Shown piece by piece: positions 50,941 to 60,774 of a stretch of 64,000 nucleotides of DNA. Positions within the stretch are counted from its first letter, which is position 1. The number at the start of each line of letters is the position of its first letter. The notes beneath the pieces were generated by a model. That model searched no databases. It was given only the letters and a program-made list of their open reading frames with translations, and had not been told where the DNA came from. The stretch is from assembly GCA_043826355.1 (NCBI GenBank), contig JBDRQI010000001.1:32001-96000 (forward strand), written 5' to 3'. Source of the stretch: Candidatus Omnitrophota bacterium. GTDB taxonomy: Bacteria > Ratteibacteria > UBA8468 > MWAK01. A program made the translations under genes and the position numbers.

Positions 50941-52416
50941 ATGAACCGGGAGCGCATTTTGGTTGAAAGGACGCTGGAATCTTTACTTAACGGCAAGGTT
51001 GCGGCAAACGTAATCGCTTTCCTGCTTAACCGGAAATTATTTCGGGACAGGGTATTTGCCGGGCTGAATTCTTACTTCCAGAAAATTTCTAATCGTGATT
51101 ATTCTATCAGCAAGAAAGAATATGACCGGCCGGCTGCGGTCTATTCGTTTCGTAGAAGTTTTGCCCGGGCTTTTTTAAATTCGCTGAGCGGTATTTATCA
51201 AGAGTCCAACAAGGACTGCCGGGAAACGCTTTCAAAAGCGTTTGTGCATGGGTTTATTCTGCAGGGCATCCACGCACGGAGAGAAAAAAGGGAACCGATG
51301 CCGGGTTTTGTAACCATCAGCCCGACCAACGCGTGCAACCTAAAATGCACCGGATGTTATGCCGGGGAACAACTCCGAAAAGATACTATTGAATATGACA
51401 CCTTTAACTGGGTGACCAGGCAGATGAACCAAGAATTTAAAGCGCGCTTTATCGTTATTTCCGGCGGCGAACCGTTTATGTACAAATCGCAGGGGAAAAA
51501 CCTGTTTGATTATCTGGAAAAGAACCGGCAGAATTACTACCTTATTTACACGAACGGCACGCTGATTAATAAGAATGCGGCGGAAAAACTTTCCCGAACC
51601 GGAAACGCGAGCCTTGCCATATCGGTAGAGGGTTTTGAGGCGGAAACAGACGGAAGGCGGGGCCCCGGCGTATATAAAAAAGTCCTGGAGGCAATGCGGA
51701 ATTTAAGGGAAGCCGGGGTGTCTTTCGGCGTATCTTTTACGGCCACAAGCAAAAACGCGGCTCTTTTTATTGACGGTCGCCTGAGTAATTATTTTATTAA
51801 TAAACAGGGCGCAAAATACATCTGGGTATTTCAATACATGCCCATTGGCAGAAGTCCTTCCGTGGAGTTGGTTCCAACCCCGGAACAGAGACTAAGCATG
51901 CTGCAAAAGACGAATGAACTGATTGAAAGGGGCATATTTACGGCCGATTTTTGGAATTCCGGAATCGCAAGCGACGGCTGCATGGAAGCGGCCCGGAAGG
52001 GGGGGTATTTTTATATACTGTGGACCGGTGAAATAACACCGTGCGTTTTTGATCCTTTTAAGGATAGGGATGAAAAAAGGAACAATGTCTGTGCCTTGAA
52101 AGAGAACAACCTGAACCTGAGGGACGCGCTTAATACGCCGTATTTCAAGGCCTCGAGAAACTGGCAGGATTCTTACTGGAGATTACAGCCGGCCGAAAGA
52201 TGCGGCAATCTTTTAATGCCCTGCAAGATTCGCGATAATTCTAAAACTTTTTACGATATCATCAAAGAGACACAAGCGGTTCCCATCAGCGAAAATGCCG
52301 GCGGTTCCGATGCCTATTTGAAATTGATTGAAGAAGGGAAGATGCCTGCCTACAATTGCGCCTGCCGGGGGATTCTTGATCCTGTCTGGGAAAAAGAATT
52401 TGCCGGGACAAAGTAA
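50941..52416 (+). CDS. Radical SAM protein with C-terminal SPASM/twitch-like cysteines
   Basis: CNLKCTGC, SGGEP, YTNG and GC...PC motifs. Confidence 0.9.
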   Translation: MNRERILVERTLESLLNGKVAANVIAFLLNRKLFRDRVFAGLNSYFQKISNRDYSISKKEYDRPAAVYSFRRSFARAFLNSLSGIYQESNKDCRETLSKAFVHGFILQGIHARREKREPMPGFVTISPTNACNLKCTGCYAGEQLRKDTIEYDTFNWVTRQMNQEFKARFIVISGGEPFMYKSQGKNLFDYLEKNRQNYYLIYTNGTLINKNAAEKLSRTGNASLAISVEGFEAETDGRRGPGVYKKVLEAMRNLREAGVSFGVSFTATSKNAALFIDGRLSNYFINKQGAKYIWVFQYMPIGRSPSVELVPTPEQRLSMLQKTNELIERGIFTADFWNSGIASDGCMEAARKGGYFYILWTGEITPCVFDPFKDRDEKRNNVCALKENNLNLRDALNTPYFKASRNWQDSYWRLQPAERCGNLLMPCKIRDNSKTFYDIIKETQAVPISENAGGSDAYLKLIEEGKMPAYNCACRGILDPVWEKEFAGTK

Positions 52417-52443
52417 AACCCCTCAGGTTTTATACCCAAAATT

Positions 52444-53544
52444 ATGCATTCGATAAATTTCGGGAAGACGCCGTATAAGGTAAAAAGGCTGGGGTTTGGA
52501 ATGATGCGTCTTCCCGTGCTTGCCAACGGAAAGGTAAATTTCCAATTTTCCACCCCGATGATTCAATATGCGATTGAACACGGGGTTAATTTTCTGGATT
52601 CGCACCATTTCTATCATAACGGTGAAAGCGAGGAGGCGATCGGAAGGGCCATCCAGGGCATCCCGAGAAATAATATTATTCTTCAGACAAAGATCGGGAT
52701 GTATAATAATTACACCGGAAAAGAGTGCCGGCGTTTGTTAGAGCAGGCTTTAAAGAAGATGAAGACCGATTATATCGATTTTTATTTTTGCCACAGCCTC
52801 AAGTGGGAGGACCACCTTAAATACGGAAAGTTATTTCGTCGTTTTACCGGAAAAGCGATGAATCAGGGATTAATCAGGTACCGGGGATTTTCCTCCCACG
52901 ATGAGCCGGAAAATATCAAAAAACTGATAACTTCGGGGGAGTTTTCAGCCATGCTTGTGCAGTATAATATTCTGGACCGCAGTAACGAAGAAGTTATTGC
53001 CCTGGCCTGTGAAAAGGGGATGGGCGTGGAGGTAATGGGGCCGCTCGCCGGCGGGATGCTGGGTTTCCCGAATGAAAAAATCCTGCAATGCTCTCCAATC
53101 AAGGTAAAAAGCGCGGCGGAACTGTCTCTTAAATTCGTCCTGGCAAACCCCAACGTTCATGTCGCTTTTTCCGGAATGAGTACCCTTCAACAGGTAGCGG
53201 AGAATATCGACAGCGTTTCAAGCGCTTCCCTGTTTTCCCGTCACGATATTAAAAAATTGGACCAAATCTTTGAAGACCAGAAAAGATTGCTTAATCTTTA
53301 TTGCACCGGCTGCCGGTATTGTCTGCCCTGTCCGAATAAAGTTAACATTCCCGGCATATTCCGGCTGTACAATTTAGGGCAGGTTTACGGGCTGACGGAA
53401 AAGGCAAAAAAGGATTACCTGGCGTTGAATCCCGAAGAAAGAGTTTCCCGGTGTCTTGAGTGCGGAAAATGCGAGGGAAAATGTCCCCAGAAGATTCCGA
53501 TTCAAGAAAAACTGAAACAAGCCGGAGTTTATTTTGAAAAGTAA
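52444..53544 (+). CDS. Aldo/keto reductase with C-terminal 4Fe-4S domain
   Basis: LGFGMMRLP, CTGCRYCLPCP and CLECGKCEGKCPQ. Confidence 0.9.
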   Translation: MHSINFGKTPYKVKRLGFGMMRLPVLANGKVNFQFSTPMIQYAIEHGVNFLDSHHFYHNGESEEAIGRAIQGIPRNNIILQTKIGMYNNYTGKECRRLLEQALKKMKTDYIDFYFCHSLKWEDHLKYGKLFRRFTGKAMNQGLIRYRGFSSHDEPENIKKLITSGEFSAMLVQYNILDRSNEEVIALACEKGMGVEVMGPLAGGMLGFPNEKILQCSPIKVKSAAELSLKFVLANPNVHVAFSGMSTLQQVAENIDSVSSASLFSRHDIKKLDQIFEDQKRLLNLYCTGCRYCLPCPNKVNIPGIFRLYNLGQVYGLTEKAKKDYLALNPEERVSRCLECGKCEGKCPQKIPIQEKLKQAGVYFEK

Positions 53545-53584
53545 GACCGCTCCTCTCAATCTGAAATTAACCGGAGGGAAAAAG

Positions 53585-54358
53585 ATGAAAAGATGGATAT
53601 TGATTGCTTGCCTGGGGTTTTTGGCGGTTGGGCTTTCCGGCTGCATGGAGCTGGAAAGCCGGTATCATATTTATCCGGATGGGTCGGGAAAGATGTCCGG
53701 ACTCTTCAGCCTGGACCCGGTAGCGATGATGAGCGCGCTGTCCGGCACCTTCAAAACGCCAGCGGCAACCGGCACGGATGCCGCCCAGAATTCTCCGGCG
53801 ACAACCAATCCGTCTGCCGAGTTCGAGAAGATGGGTATTTCCGGTATCTCTAAAATTAACACAACCGTTACGGTCTATTATACCGACATCTTGAAGTTCA
53901 GTGAATCCGCAAGCCAGAATAAACCGGCGGTTAAAGAACTGGTCTGGGAGAAGAAAGACGGCCTCTATCATATTAGGGTCGTGCCGGACATGAATAAATT
54001 GAACGAACCGCCGGCGTTATCCGGCAAGGAATCCGATAAAGAAACTCCTTCGGCAATGATGAATAATCCCGCCAACAAGGGAATGATGTTGATGCTGCTG
54101 CAGGATGTAAAATTTTCCTTCATTCTGGTGATGCCCGGCAAAGTGGTTAAAAGCAACGGCAAAGCCGAAGGCCGGGAGGTCAGGTGGGAATTTACCGGAA
54201 ACGGATTGATGAACGGACAGGAACTTGTGTTTGAGGCTTTTTCGGAAACATCCTGTCCGGAATTGGACGAGGAATTCCGGAAGTTTAAGGAAGATTCATC
54301 CGCGGCCAACAAAAAGATGAAAGAAGCCGTTACTTCTTTTGTCCCGGCATCAAAGTAG
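53585..54358 (+). CDS. Hypothetical lipoprotein
   Basis: GGAGG RBS; MKR + hydrophobic stretch + lipobox LSGC. Confidence 0.75.
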   Translation: MKRWILIACLGFLAVGLSGCMELESRYHIYPDGSGKMSGLFSLDPVAMMSALSGTFKTPAATGTDAAQNSPATTNPSAEFEKMGISGISKINTTVTVYYTDILKFSESASQNKPAVKELVWEKKDGLYHIRVVPDMNKLNEPPALSGKESDKETPSAMMNNPANKGMMLMLLQDVKFSFILVMPGKVVKSNGKAEGREVRWEFTGNGLMNGQELVFEAFSETSCPELDEEFRKFKEDSSAANKKMKEAVTSFVPASK

Positions 54359-54471
54359 GCCGCTGGTTTTGGTTGATAAAGACCATTCGGATTCTGGCAG
54401 GCGAATCGAATTTAACCGGTTATTTGACGCGGTTGTTGATAATCGGAAAGGCGGATATGGAGGAGAAAATT

Positions 54472-54573
54472 ATGAAGAAGAAGATTGAGTTCCTGTTGAT
54501 AATTTTAGTCGGTATTCTCTTTTTAGCCGGTTGCCGGCTCCACTGGGGCGTGGGTGTAGGGGGCACGTTATAA
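54472..54573 (+). CDS. 33-aa small lipoprotein
   Basis: GGAGGAG RBS; MKKKIEFLLIILVGILFLAGC-RLHWGVGVGGTL; stop 1 nt before the next ATG. Confidence 0.7.
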   Translation: MKKKIEFLLIILVGILFLAGCRLHWGVGVGGTL

Positions 54574-54574
54574 G

Positions 54575-55231
54575 ATGAAAATCTTACTTATCTCGTCCAG
54601 CCCGCACCGGGCAGAGAGCAAAACCCTTTTGTTGGCGCAAGAGGTGGCAAGAGGGTGCGGGCAGAAAGAAGCGGAAACGGAAACAATTTACCTGGGAAAC
54701 CTGAAAATAGGGTTCTGCCGCCACTGCGAGGCATGCCATAAGAAGATTCTCGCTTGTCCGATAAAAGATGATGTCCCGATGATTTTGACTAAAATGCTTG
54801 AAGCGGACGGAATAATCCTGGCTAGTCCGAACTATATCAACCAGGTGACGGCTTCAATGAAAGCGCTCTTTGACCGTTCCAGCCATTTTATCCATTGCTT
54901 GAGACTAACGGGAAAACATGTAGTCGGTGTGGTTTCTTCCGGAAGCGGCTGGGATAAGGCAGTGCTGGATTATCTGCAGTATTACACGAATGGCTGCGGG
55001 GCCTGGTATTCCGGCGGTGTCTCGTCGCAGGCCTTGACCGTTCCGGAGGCGCTGCCGGAGGCAAACGCTCTGGGTAAGAGACTGGCCGCCGACATTACCG
55101 AAAAGAGCATCTTACCCGACCAGGAGAGGGCTATCGGGATGCACAAGAAGCGCTTCCGAAAAATTATCGCGCTGAGGAAGGATGAGTGGGTGGCAGAATA
55201 TCAGTACTGGCTTGACAAGAACTGGTTGTAA
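54575..55231 (+). CDS. Iron-sulfur flavoprotein / flavodoxin-like FMN reductase
   Basis: SSPH, CxxCxxC...C, ASPNY and MKALFDR. Confidence 0.88.
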   Translation: MKILLISSSPHRAESKTLLLAQEVARGCGQKEAETETIYLGNLKIGFCRHCEACHKKILACPIKDDVPMILTKMLEADGIILASPNYINQVTASMKALFDRSSHFIHCLRLTGKHVVGVVSSGSGWDKAVLDYLQYYTNGCGAWYSGGVSSQALTVPEALPEANALGKRLAADITEKSILPDQERAIGMHKKRFRKIIALRKDEWVAEYQYWLDKNWL

Positions 55232-55285
55232 GCACAAAGCGATTGCTTACCGCCGGGTTTGTCAAACCCTATCCCTTGATTCGTT

Positions 55286-56467
55286 ATGCCAAAGAGAAGG
55301 TTTATCGTCCATCTGGATATGGATGCCTTTTTCGCCGCGATTGAAGAGCGGGATAACCCGGATTTACGGGGCAAGCCGGTGGTTATCGGCGCCGACCCGA
55401 AAGCCGGCCGGGGTCGGGGCGTCGTGTCCACCTGTTCGTATGCGGCCCGAAAATTCGGCATCCATTCCGCCATGCCCATCTCCATCGCCTACCGGAAGTG
55501 CCCCGGGGCCGTCTTCTTAAAGCCGGATATGGAAAAATACAGCGCCGTTTCCAACCGGATAATGGAAATTCTTTATACCTTCACCCACGCCGTGGAACCG
55601 GTGAGCGTTGACGAAGCGTTTTTAGACATAAGCGACACCTATGTTCATTTCGGGACCCCGCTCCAGACCTGTCTGTTGATTAAATCACGGATAAAGGAAG
55701 CCGAAGGATTAACCGCTTCAGTCGGGCTGGCGCCGAATAAATTAGCGGCCAAAATCGCTTCCGAAATCAAGAAGCCGGACGGCATGGTTGAGGTTACGCC
55801 GGAAAACCTGCTTGCTTTCCTGCGGCCCCTGAGCATAAAAAAAATCTGGGGTCTGGGTGAGAAGAGCCGGCTGGCTCTGGAAGAAAGAGGCATTAAGACC
55901 ATCGGCGAACTCGCCGGCCGGGATATCCGGGAAATAATCGCCCTGTTCGGCAAGACCGGCGCCTATTTCTGGCAACTGGCCAACGGCATAGATGAACGGG
56001 AAGTAGAGCCGGAAACCGAGGCCAAATCAATCAGCAACGAATTTACCTTTGACGAGGACACTTCGGCTGTTCCGGAAATCAAAGCCGCCCTGCTTTCTCT
56101 TTGCGAAGAAGTATCAAGCCGTTTACGGCAGGCCGGGCACAAAAGCAGGACGGTCACTGTAAAGATACGTTTTGGCGATTTTAAAACGTTTACCAGAGCG
56201 GTTACGATTAAGGAGCCGACCAACTCCGCGGACACAGTTTACCGGAAAATCAAACTGCTGGCGGACGGTTTTTTGACCGGAAGGAAAAAAGTGCGGCTGG
56301 TCGGGGTAAAGGTTTCCGGCCTCATTCCTTCAGATATCCAGGGCGTCCTTTTTAAATCAGAAGGCGAGAACCGGTCCGAAAAGTTGTATCAGGCGATAGA
56401 TGAAATCAGGGAGAAATTCGGATATGATTCCATCTACCGGTCAAGCACCAGAAGCATCCGTAAGTAG
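55286..56467 (+). CDS. dinB: DNA polymerase IV
   Basis: HLDMDAFFA, SYAARKFG, SVDEAFLD and KIASEIKKPDG. Confidence 0.95.
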   Translation: MPKRRFIVHLDMDAFFAAIEERDNPDLRGKPVVIGADPKAGRGRGVVSTCSYAARKFGIHSAMPISIAYRKCPGAVFLKPDMEKYSAVSNRIMEILYTFTHAVEPVSVDEAFLDISDTYVHFGTPLQTCLLIKSRIKEAEGLTASVGLAPNKLAAKIASEIKKPDGMVEVTPENLLAFLRPLSIKKIWGLGEKSRLALEERGIKTIGELAGRDIREIIALFGKTGAYFWQLANGIDEREVEPETEAKSISNEFTFDEDTSAVPEIKAALLSLCEEVSSRLRQAGHKSRTVTVKIRFGDFKTFTRAVTIKEPTNSADTVYRKIKLLADGFLTGRKKVRLVGVKVSGLIPSDIQGVLFKSEGENRSEKLYQAIDEIREKFGYDSIYRSSTRSIRK

Positions 56468-56468
56468 T

Positions 56469-57332
56469 TCATTCCGAAGTAAAAGAGACCAGCCAGAACG
56501 GGTCAACCGCGCTTCCCTGCAGGTAAACGGCGAAATGAAGGTGCGGTCCGGATGACCAGCCGGTACTGCCCACTTCCCCGATAACTTCATTCCGGGAGAC
56601 CGTATCCCCGGCCTCCTTAAGGATTTTAGAAAGATGGAAGTAGCAACTGACCACTCCCTGCCCGTGGTTAATAATCAGAAGGTTACCATAGACATTAAAA
56701 TCACTTTCGCTCAGGATGACCTTTCCCGAATTAGCGGCCTTAACCGGCGTACCTTCCGGCGCGGAAAAGTCCACCCCCCAGTGGTAGTAACTGTAGGTCC
56801 CCAGGTCACGCCTGAGGCCGAACTCGGTGCTGATTTTACCCTGGACCGGGATGGCAAACGGCTGGTCCCAATACTTTTCCGGTTCCACGTTTCTGATGGC
56901 TTTCAGAACTTTCTTTTGCTGTTCGGGGATGGAAGGCTGGTTACTCCTCATCTCCCGGCTGGCTTTTCCCAGGCGTATCGTTCTTATCTCTCTGGGGGTC
57001 ACCTCCAGGGGAAATGAATATTCTTCCACCGGCCCGTCCGGAGAAACCTTTTCCAGAATCAGTTCCCTCTCTCCGGCGGTTTTAATTCCCAGGGGCAGAA
57101 AGATTTCCCAAACGCCTCTTGAAACCGGAAAAGGCGTATACCTTTTACCTTCAAAACGAACCCGGCAGTCGCCCGCCGAACGCCCTTCAATTTGGAGTAA
57201 AAAACCTTCTCCAGCGGTTAATTTTTCCGGCGATGTCTGGAAGGTGAATGCCTGCAGTTGCGCGGCGGTTAATGAGCATCCCAGGAAGAGGATAAGCGCG
57301 AAAAGGCGCCGGCTGAATAACCGGGAATTCAT
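56469..57332 (-). CDS. M23-family metallopeptidase, exported
   Basis: HWGVD, HLS and GPHLHF motifs; signal peptide. Confidence 0.9.
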   Translation of the reverse strand: MNSRLFSRRLFALILFLGCSLTAAQLQAFTFQTSPEKLTAGEGFLLQIEGRSAGDCRVRFEGKRYTPFPVSRGVWEIFLPLGIKTAGERELILEKVSPDGPVEEYSFPLEVTPREIRTIRLGKASREMRSNQPSIPEQQKKVLKAIRNVEPEKYWDQPFAIPVQGKISTEFGLRRDLGTYSYYHWGVDFSAPEGTPVKAANSGKVILSESDFNVYGNLLIINHGQGVVSCYFHLSKILKEAGDTVSRNEVIGEVGSTGWSSGPHLHFAVYLQGSAVDPFWLVSFTSE

Positions 57333-57838
57333 ATGGTTGGGCGGTTTGCCTGGTCTATCTGGGCGGAGAGGCGGTTTTTGACCATTTGCGGCCGGAAGAT
57401 GTCTTTCCAGATGCAGGCCGTATCTTCGGTGCCGGCGGTTGTGATGAAGATGTCGCCGCAGCCGGTCAACCGCTGGCTGATGCCGATGGTGATCCGGATG
57501 TCCTGAATCCGGGAGAGCGGGGTTTCGTAAATGTCTTTGGCGATTATGCCCCGGTGTTTGAAAAGGCGGCGGTTGGTGAAACCGTAGACCGTTTTTTGCC
57601 AGCGCAGGAAGTGAATTAAGAAGAAGATAACTGCGGCGGATATCAAGACCGCTCCGGCCCATTTTACGGGAGTGCTGGTTAAGATTGCTATGCCGCCGGC
57701 CAGCAGGATGAGGCTGACGGTAACCGGCCGGAAGAAAAAATAGAACTTCTGGGGCCGGCCGGCGAAGATAATCCGCTCGCCGGCTTCAAGCATCCCGGCC
57801 GGGACTATGCCCGAATAATCGCTGGTCTTTTCATCCAT
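57329..57838 (-). CDS. Bacterial PH-domain membrane protein
   Basis: Two TM segments, then YGFTNRR...RIQDI...GDIFITTAG. Confidence 0.82.
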   Translation of the reverse strand: MDEKTSDYSGIVPAGMLEAGERIIFAGRPQKFYFFFRPVTVSLILLAGGIAILTSTPVKWAGAVLISAAVIFFLIHFLRWQKTVYGFTNRRLFKHRGIIAKDIYETPLSRIQDIRITIGISQRLTGCGDIFITTAGTEDTACIWKDIFRPQMVKNRLSAQIDQANRPTI

Positions 57839-57930
57839 ACGGTTTGATGCCGCAAGGTTTATTGCCTGGAAAATTATAGCACAGCATAAGGAAAAATACT
57901 ATCAAAGTATTCTTTTAAATTCATCGGAAC

Positions 57931-57999
57931 AGTGAAGAATCCCGCCCACAGGGCGGGGCTTCTGAGCGGGTATCCGCAGCTAAAGCCTGCGGCTTCACT
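57931..57999. repeat. IS605-end-like hairpin plus a second palindrome
   Basis: gtgaagaatcccgcccacagggcggggcttct and ccgcagctaaagcctgcgg. Confidence 0.55.
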
Positions 58000-58157
58000 A
58001 ATTTATCCTGACGTATCGATAAACTCCAAATTTTCCTCCGTGAAAAATTTCAGACGCGTCCTGACCTTGACCGGATTCCGGCCGGATGGTAATATCTTTA
58101 GGCGGAGGCATCAATTCCGGCTGCCGGCGTTCAATTTTTTATAAACAGGGATTCTGG

Positions 58158-58574
58158 ATGGAAAACCCGCGCCAAAGACGACCACTTACCCATTTTATCG
58201 TAATAATTGCTATCCTGGTCTTGTTATACCTTCTCAACAACCTGGGTTCTCGTAAGAGCGCGGAAGAACAGGTCTCGGAACTGGTTTCCCAGCACAAGGG
58301 AGCCATCGTGTTCCTGGAAAGCGGTACGGAAGCGGACAGGCCTTTCCGGGAGGCGCTGAAAGAGATACGGGCAGAGTTGAAAGGCAGCGCTGGAATGGTA
58401 GTTGTAAAGAAAGAAAAGAAGGAAGGTTCCCGTCCGCCCCTTGCACCCGCCGATTCATTGCCCGCTTTGATTATTATCGATTCCCACGGAAACGAAGTGC
58501 GCCGTTTCGTCAGTTCGCTTGACCGCAAGGTTCTGGATGAACTGGTCCGCGAACTTGCAACCCACCATCACTGA
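58158..58574 (+). CDS. Membrane-anchored hypothetical protein, possibly thioredoxin-like fold without CxxC
   Basis: N-terminal TM; LPALIIIDSHGNEV..F pattern. Confidence 0.55.
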   Translation: MENPRQRRPLTHFIVIIAILVLLYLLNNLGSRKSAEEQVSELVSQHKGAIVFLESGTEADRPFREALKEIRAELKGSAGMVVVKKEKKEGSRPPLAPADSLPALIIIDSHGNEVRRFVSSLDRKVLDELVRELATHHH

Positions 58575-58602
58575 AGCAGATATCGGTGTTTAAAGGAGCG
58601 CT

Positions 58603-59115
58603 ATGAACGTATATGAAGCGATAAGTGCGCGCCGGAGCGTCCGCTCCTACCGGGACAAACCGGTGCCGCCGGAGGTCTTAACCCGCATCCTGGAGGCCGC
58701 CCGGATGGCCCCTTCGGGCGGCAACCGGCAACCCTGGAAGTTTGTAGTCGTTGCGGACGTTGCGGCCCGGAAGAGATTGGCCGAGGCGGCCGGTAACCAA
58801 AATTTTGTGGCCGATGCCCCGGTAGTCATCGCCGCAGTCGGGCTTGACCCCGGCCGGGTAATGTCCTGCGGCATCCCCGCCGACCCGGTGGACGTTGCCA
58901 TAGCCATAGACCACATAACGCTCGCCGCCGCAGAGGAGGGGCTGGGAACCTGCTGGATTGGGGCTTTTTCTCAGGAGAAGGTCTGCCAGGTTCTGCAAAT
59001 CCCCGCCTCCTTTAAAGTGATTGAACTTCTTGTCCTCGGATACCCGGCCGATTCGCCCCGGCCCAAGTTGCGGAAACCCCTGGCGGAAATCGTCTGCTAT
59101 AATAAGTTTTCGTGA
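58603..59115 (+). CDS. Nitroreductase family protein
   Basis: RRSVRSY, APSGGNRQPW, GLGTCWIG and LGYP. Confidence 0.93.
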   Translation: MNVYEAISARRSVRSYRDKPVPPEVLTRILEAARMAPSGGNRQPWKFVVVADVAARKRLAEAAGNQNFVADAPVVIAAVGLDPGRVMSCGIPADPVDVAIAIDHITLAAAEEGLGTCWIGAFSQEKVCQVLQIPASFKVIELLVLGYPADSPRPKLRKPLAEIVCYNKFS

Positions 59116-59425
59116 AGTTCGGAATCAATAATCCGGGAGGGGGCGATGGTTAAAGTATCAAGGGCGATAAAATGATAATTTTTCTCGGTATCCTCTGTTT
59201 TTTTACCAGAAGTTCCGCGGCCATTAGGGTAGGGGGCTAATTGTGAAAAAGTTGATTTTTTTTGGTGTTCTTTATCTTCATAATATTCGCAATTATTGCA
59301 ATCATTGCCGGCCGGAATGATGATATTTCTGGAACACAACAAAAAAATAAAGGAACTCATACACCTGGAAGTTCCTTTGTATGAAGAAGCAGGTTAACCG
59401 GCTGTAATATATTTGGGAGGGGAAG

Positions 59426-59767
59426 ATGAATTGGTATCTGGAAGTGTTGAAGAAGTACGCTGTTTTCAGCGGACGGGCGCGCCGGAAAGAATACTGGATG
59501 TTTGCCCTGTTCAACTTTATCGTTGTGTTTGTGCTGGAGTTAATCGGGGGAGGTCTTAAGTCGTCGATGGGTAGCTACAGCGTGCCTTCCCTTATCTACC
59601 AGCTGGCCGTTCTGCTTCCGAGCATCGCCGTAGGCGTCCGCCGGATGCACGATACCAATCACAACGGCTGGTGGATAATCTGCCCTATCGTCAACCTGGT
59701 CTTCGCGGTAATTGAAGGCACGAAGGGAGAAAACAGGTACGGGCCAGACCCCAAGGCCGTTTCTTAG
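59426..59767 (+). CDS. DUF805 family membrane protein
   Basis: FSGRARRKEYW, VRRMHD and NRYGPDP. Confidence 0.92.
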   Translation: MNWYLEVLKKYAVFSGRARRKEYWMFALFNFIVVFVLELIGGGLKSSMGSYSVPSLIYQLAVLLPSIAVGVRRMHDTNHNGWWIICPIVNLVFAVIEGTKGENRYGPDPKAVS

Positions 59768-59828
59768 GAAGATAACTTTTAAAAAGGGAGATTTTGCGAT
59801 AAACAAAATATTAGCCGGAACTATAGTC

Positions 59829-60449
59829 ATGATGTTGTTCCTTGCCGGTGCACTCTTACCCGCCGCCGAAGAAATGAAGCCAATTCAACTTCTGAAACCC
59901 CGGATGAGCGGCGGGAAGCCCCTCATGCAGGCTCTTAAGGAGCGGCAAACCTTGCGGAACATCAGCAGCAAAGAACTGCCCGCCCAGGTCTTCTCTAACC
60001 TTCTCTGGGCTGCTTTCGGCATCAACCGGCCCGAACTTGGAAAGCGCACCGCTCCTTCAGCGGTGAACCGTCAGGAGATAGACGTCTACGTCGCTACGCC
60101 AAAAGGAGTACATCTTTACAACGCGCCGAAAAATACGCTGGAACCCATTGTCGCCCACGACATCCGGCCGCTCTGCAAGATGCAGCCCGCAGCGCTGGCC
60201 GCCCCGGTTCTCCTTCTTTACGTAGCTGATTACCTGAAAATGGGCGGAGCGCCGAAGGAGATGAATGAGTTTTATGCTGTGGCGGACACCGGATTCATCA
60301 GCCAGAACGTCTACCTCTTCTGTGCATCAGAAGGCCTGGCGACGGTGGTTATGGGCGCCATTAACCGGGAACGTCTTTCCAAAGAGATGAACTTGCGTCC
60401 CGAACAGAAAGTCATCCTGGTACAACCGGTCGGTTATCCGAAGCGTTGA
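59829..60449 (+). CDS. SagB/ThcOx-like nitroreductase family protein, exported (start uncertain)
   Basis: LLWAAFGINR, RTAPSA, DTGFISQNVYL and QPVGYP. Confidence 0.85.
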   Translation: MMLFLAGALLPAAEEMKPIQLLKPRMSGGKPLMQALKERQTLRNISSKELPAQVFSNLLWAAFGINRPELGKRTAPSAVNRQEIDVYVATPKGVHLYNAPKNTLEPIVAHDIRPLCKMQPAALAAPVLLLYVADYLKMGGAPKEMNEFYAVADTGFISQNVYLFCASEGLATVVMGAINRERLSKEMNLRPEQKVILVQPVGYPKR

Positions 60450-60519
60450 AGCTAAAACGTCTGAGTTTTTTCTGAAAGACTTTGAATTTTTCCATTTCAC
60501 CCTCTTTTTCAGACCACAT

Positions 60520-60740
60520 TCTTTATCTTGGTCAGGTTTGCCTTTCTTTCCTGGTCTTGTTCTTCCTTCAAGGTAACCGACCACTATTCCGCCGTCTTCC
60601 AAGCGCTTAAGTTGTTGCTGGATACCGTTAACGGAAATACCGAAGGTCCTGAATGCTTCTTTAGGATACCCTTGTCCATAGTTTTCCACGAATAATGGTG
60701 TTTTTTCTATCGTGCTATTACCCGGCAGGGGTTCCAACAT
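60520..60740 (-). pseudogene. Degenerate winged-helix (ArsR/MarR-like) regulator remnant
   Basis: GGAGG RBS; HTH-like FGISVNGIQQQLKRLEDGGIV..GRTR joined directly to PGKKGKP, then non-conserved read-through. Confidence 0.55.
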
Positions 60741-60749
60741 AATGACCTC

Positions 60750-60774
60750 CTGTTACCATGATTCATGGTAACAG
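60750..60774. promoter_or_regulatory. 25-bp perfect palindromic operator overlapping the wHTH promoter
   Basis: CTGTTACCATGA-T-TCATGGTAACAG spans the spacer and -10 of a minus-strand TTGACT-17-TAACAG. Confidence 0.65.

Noticed and set aside
59712..60449. SagB/ThcOx-like protein as part of a RiPP (azole) cluster
   Set aside because: No YcaO or precursor peptide nearby; it has a signal-like N-terminus typical of stand-alone nitroreductases.
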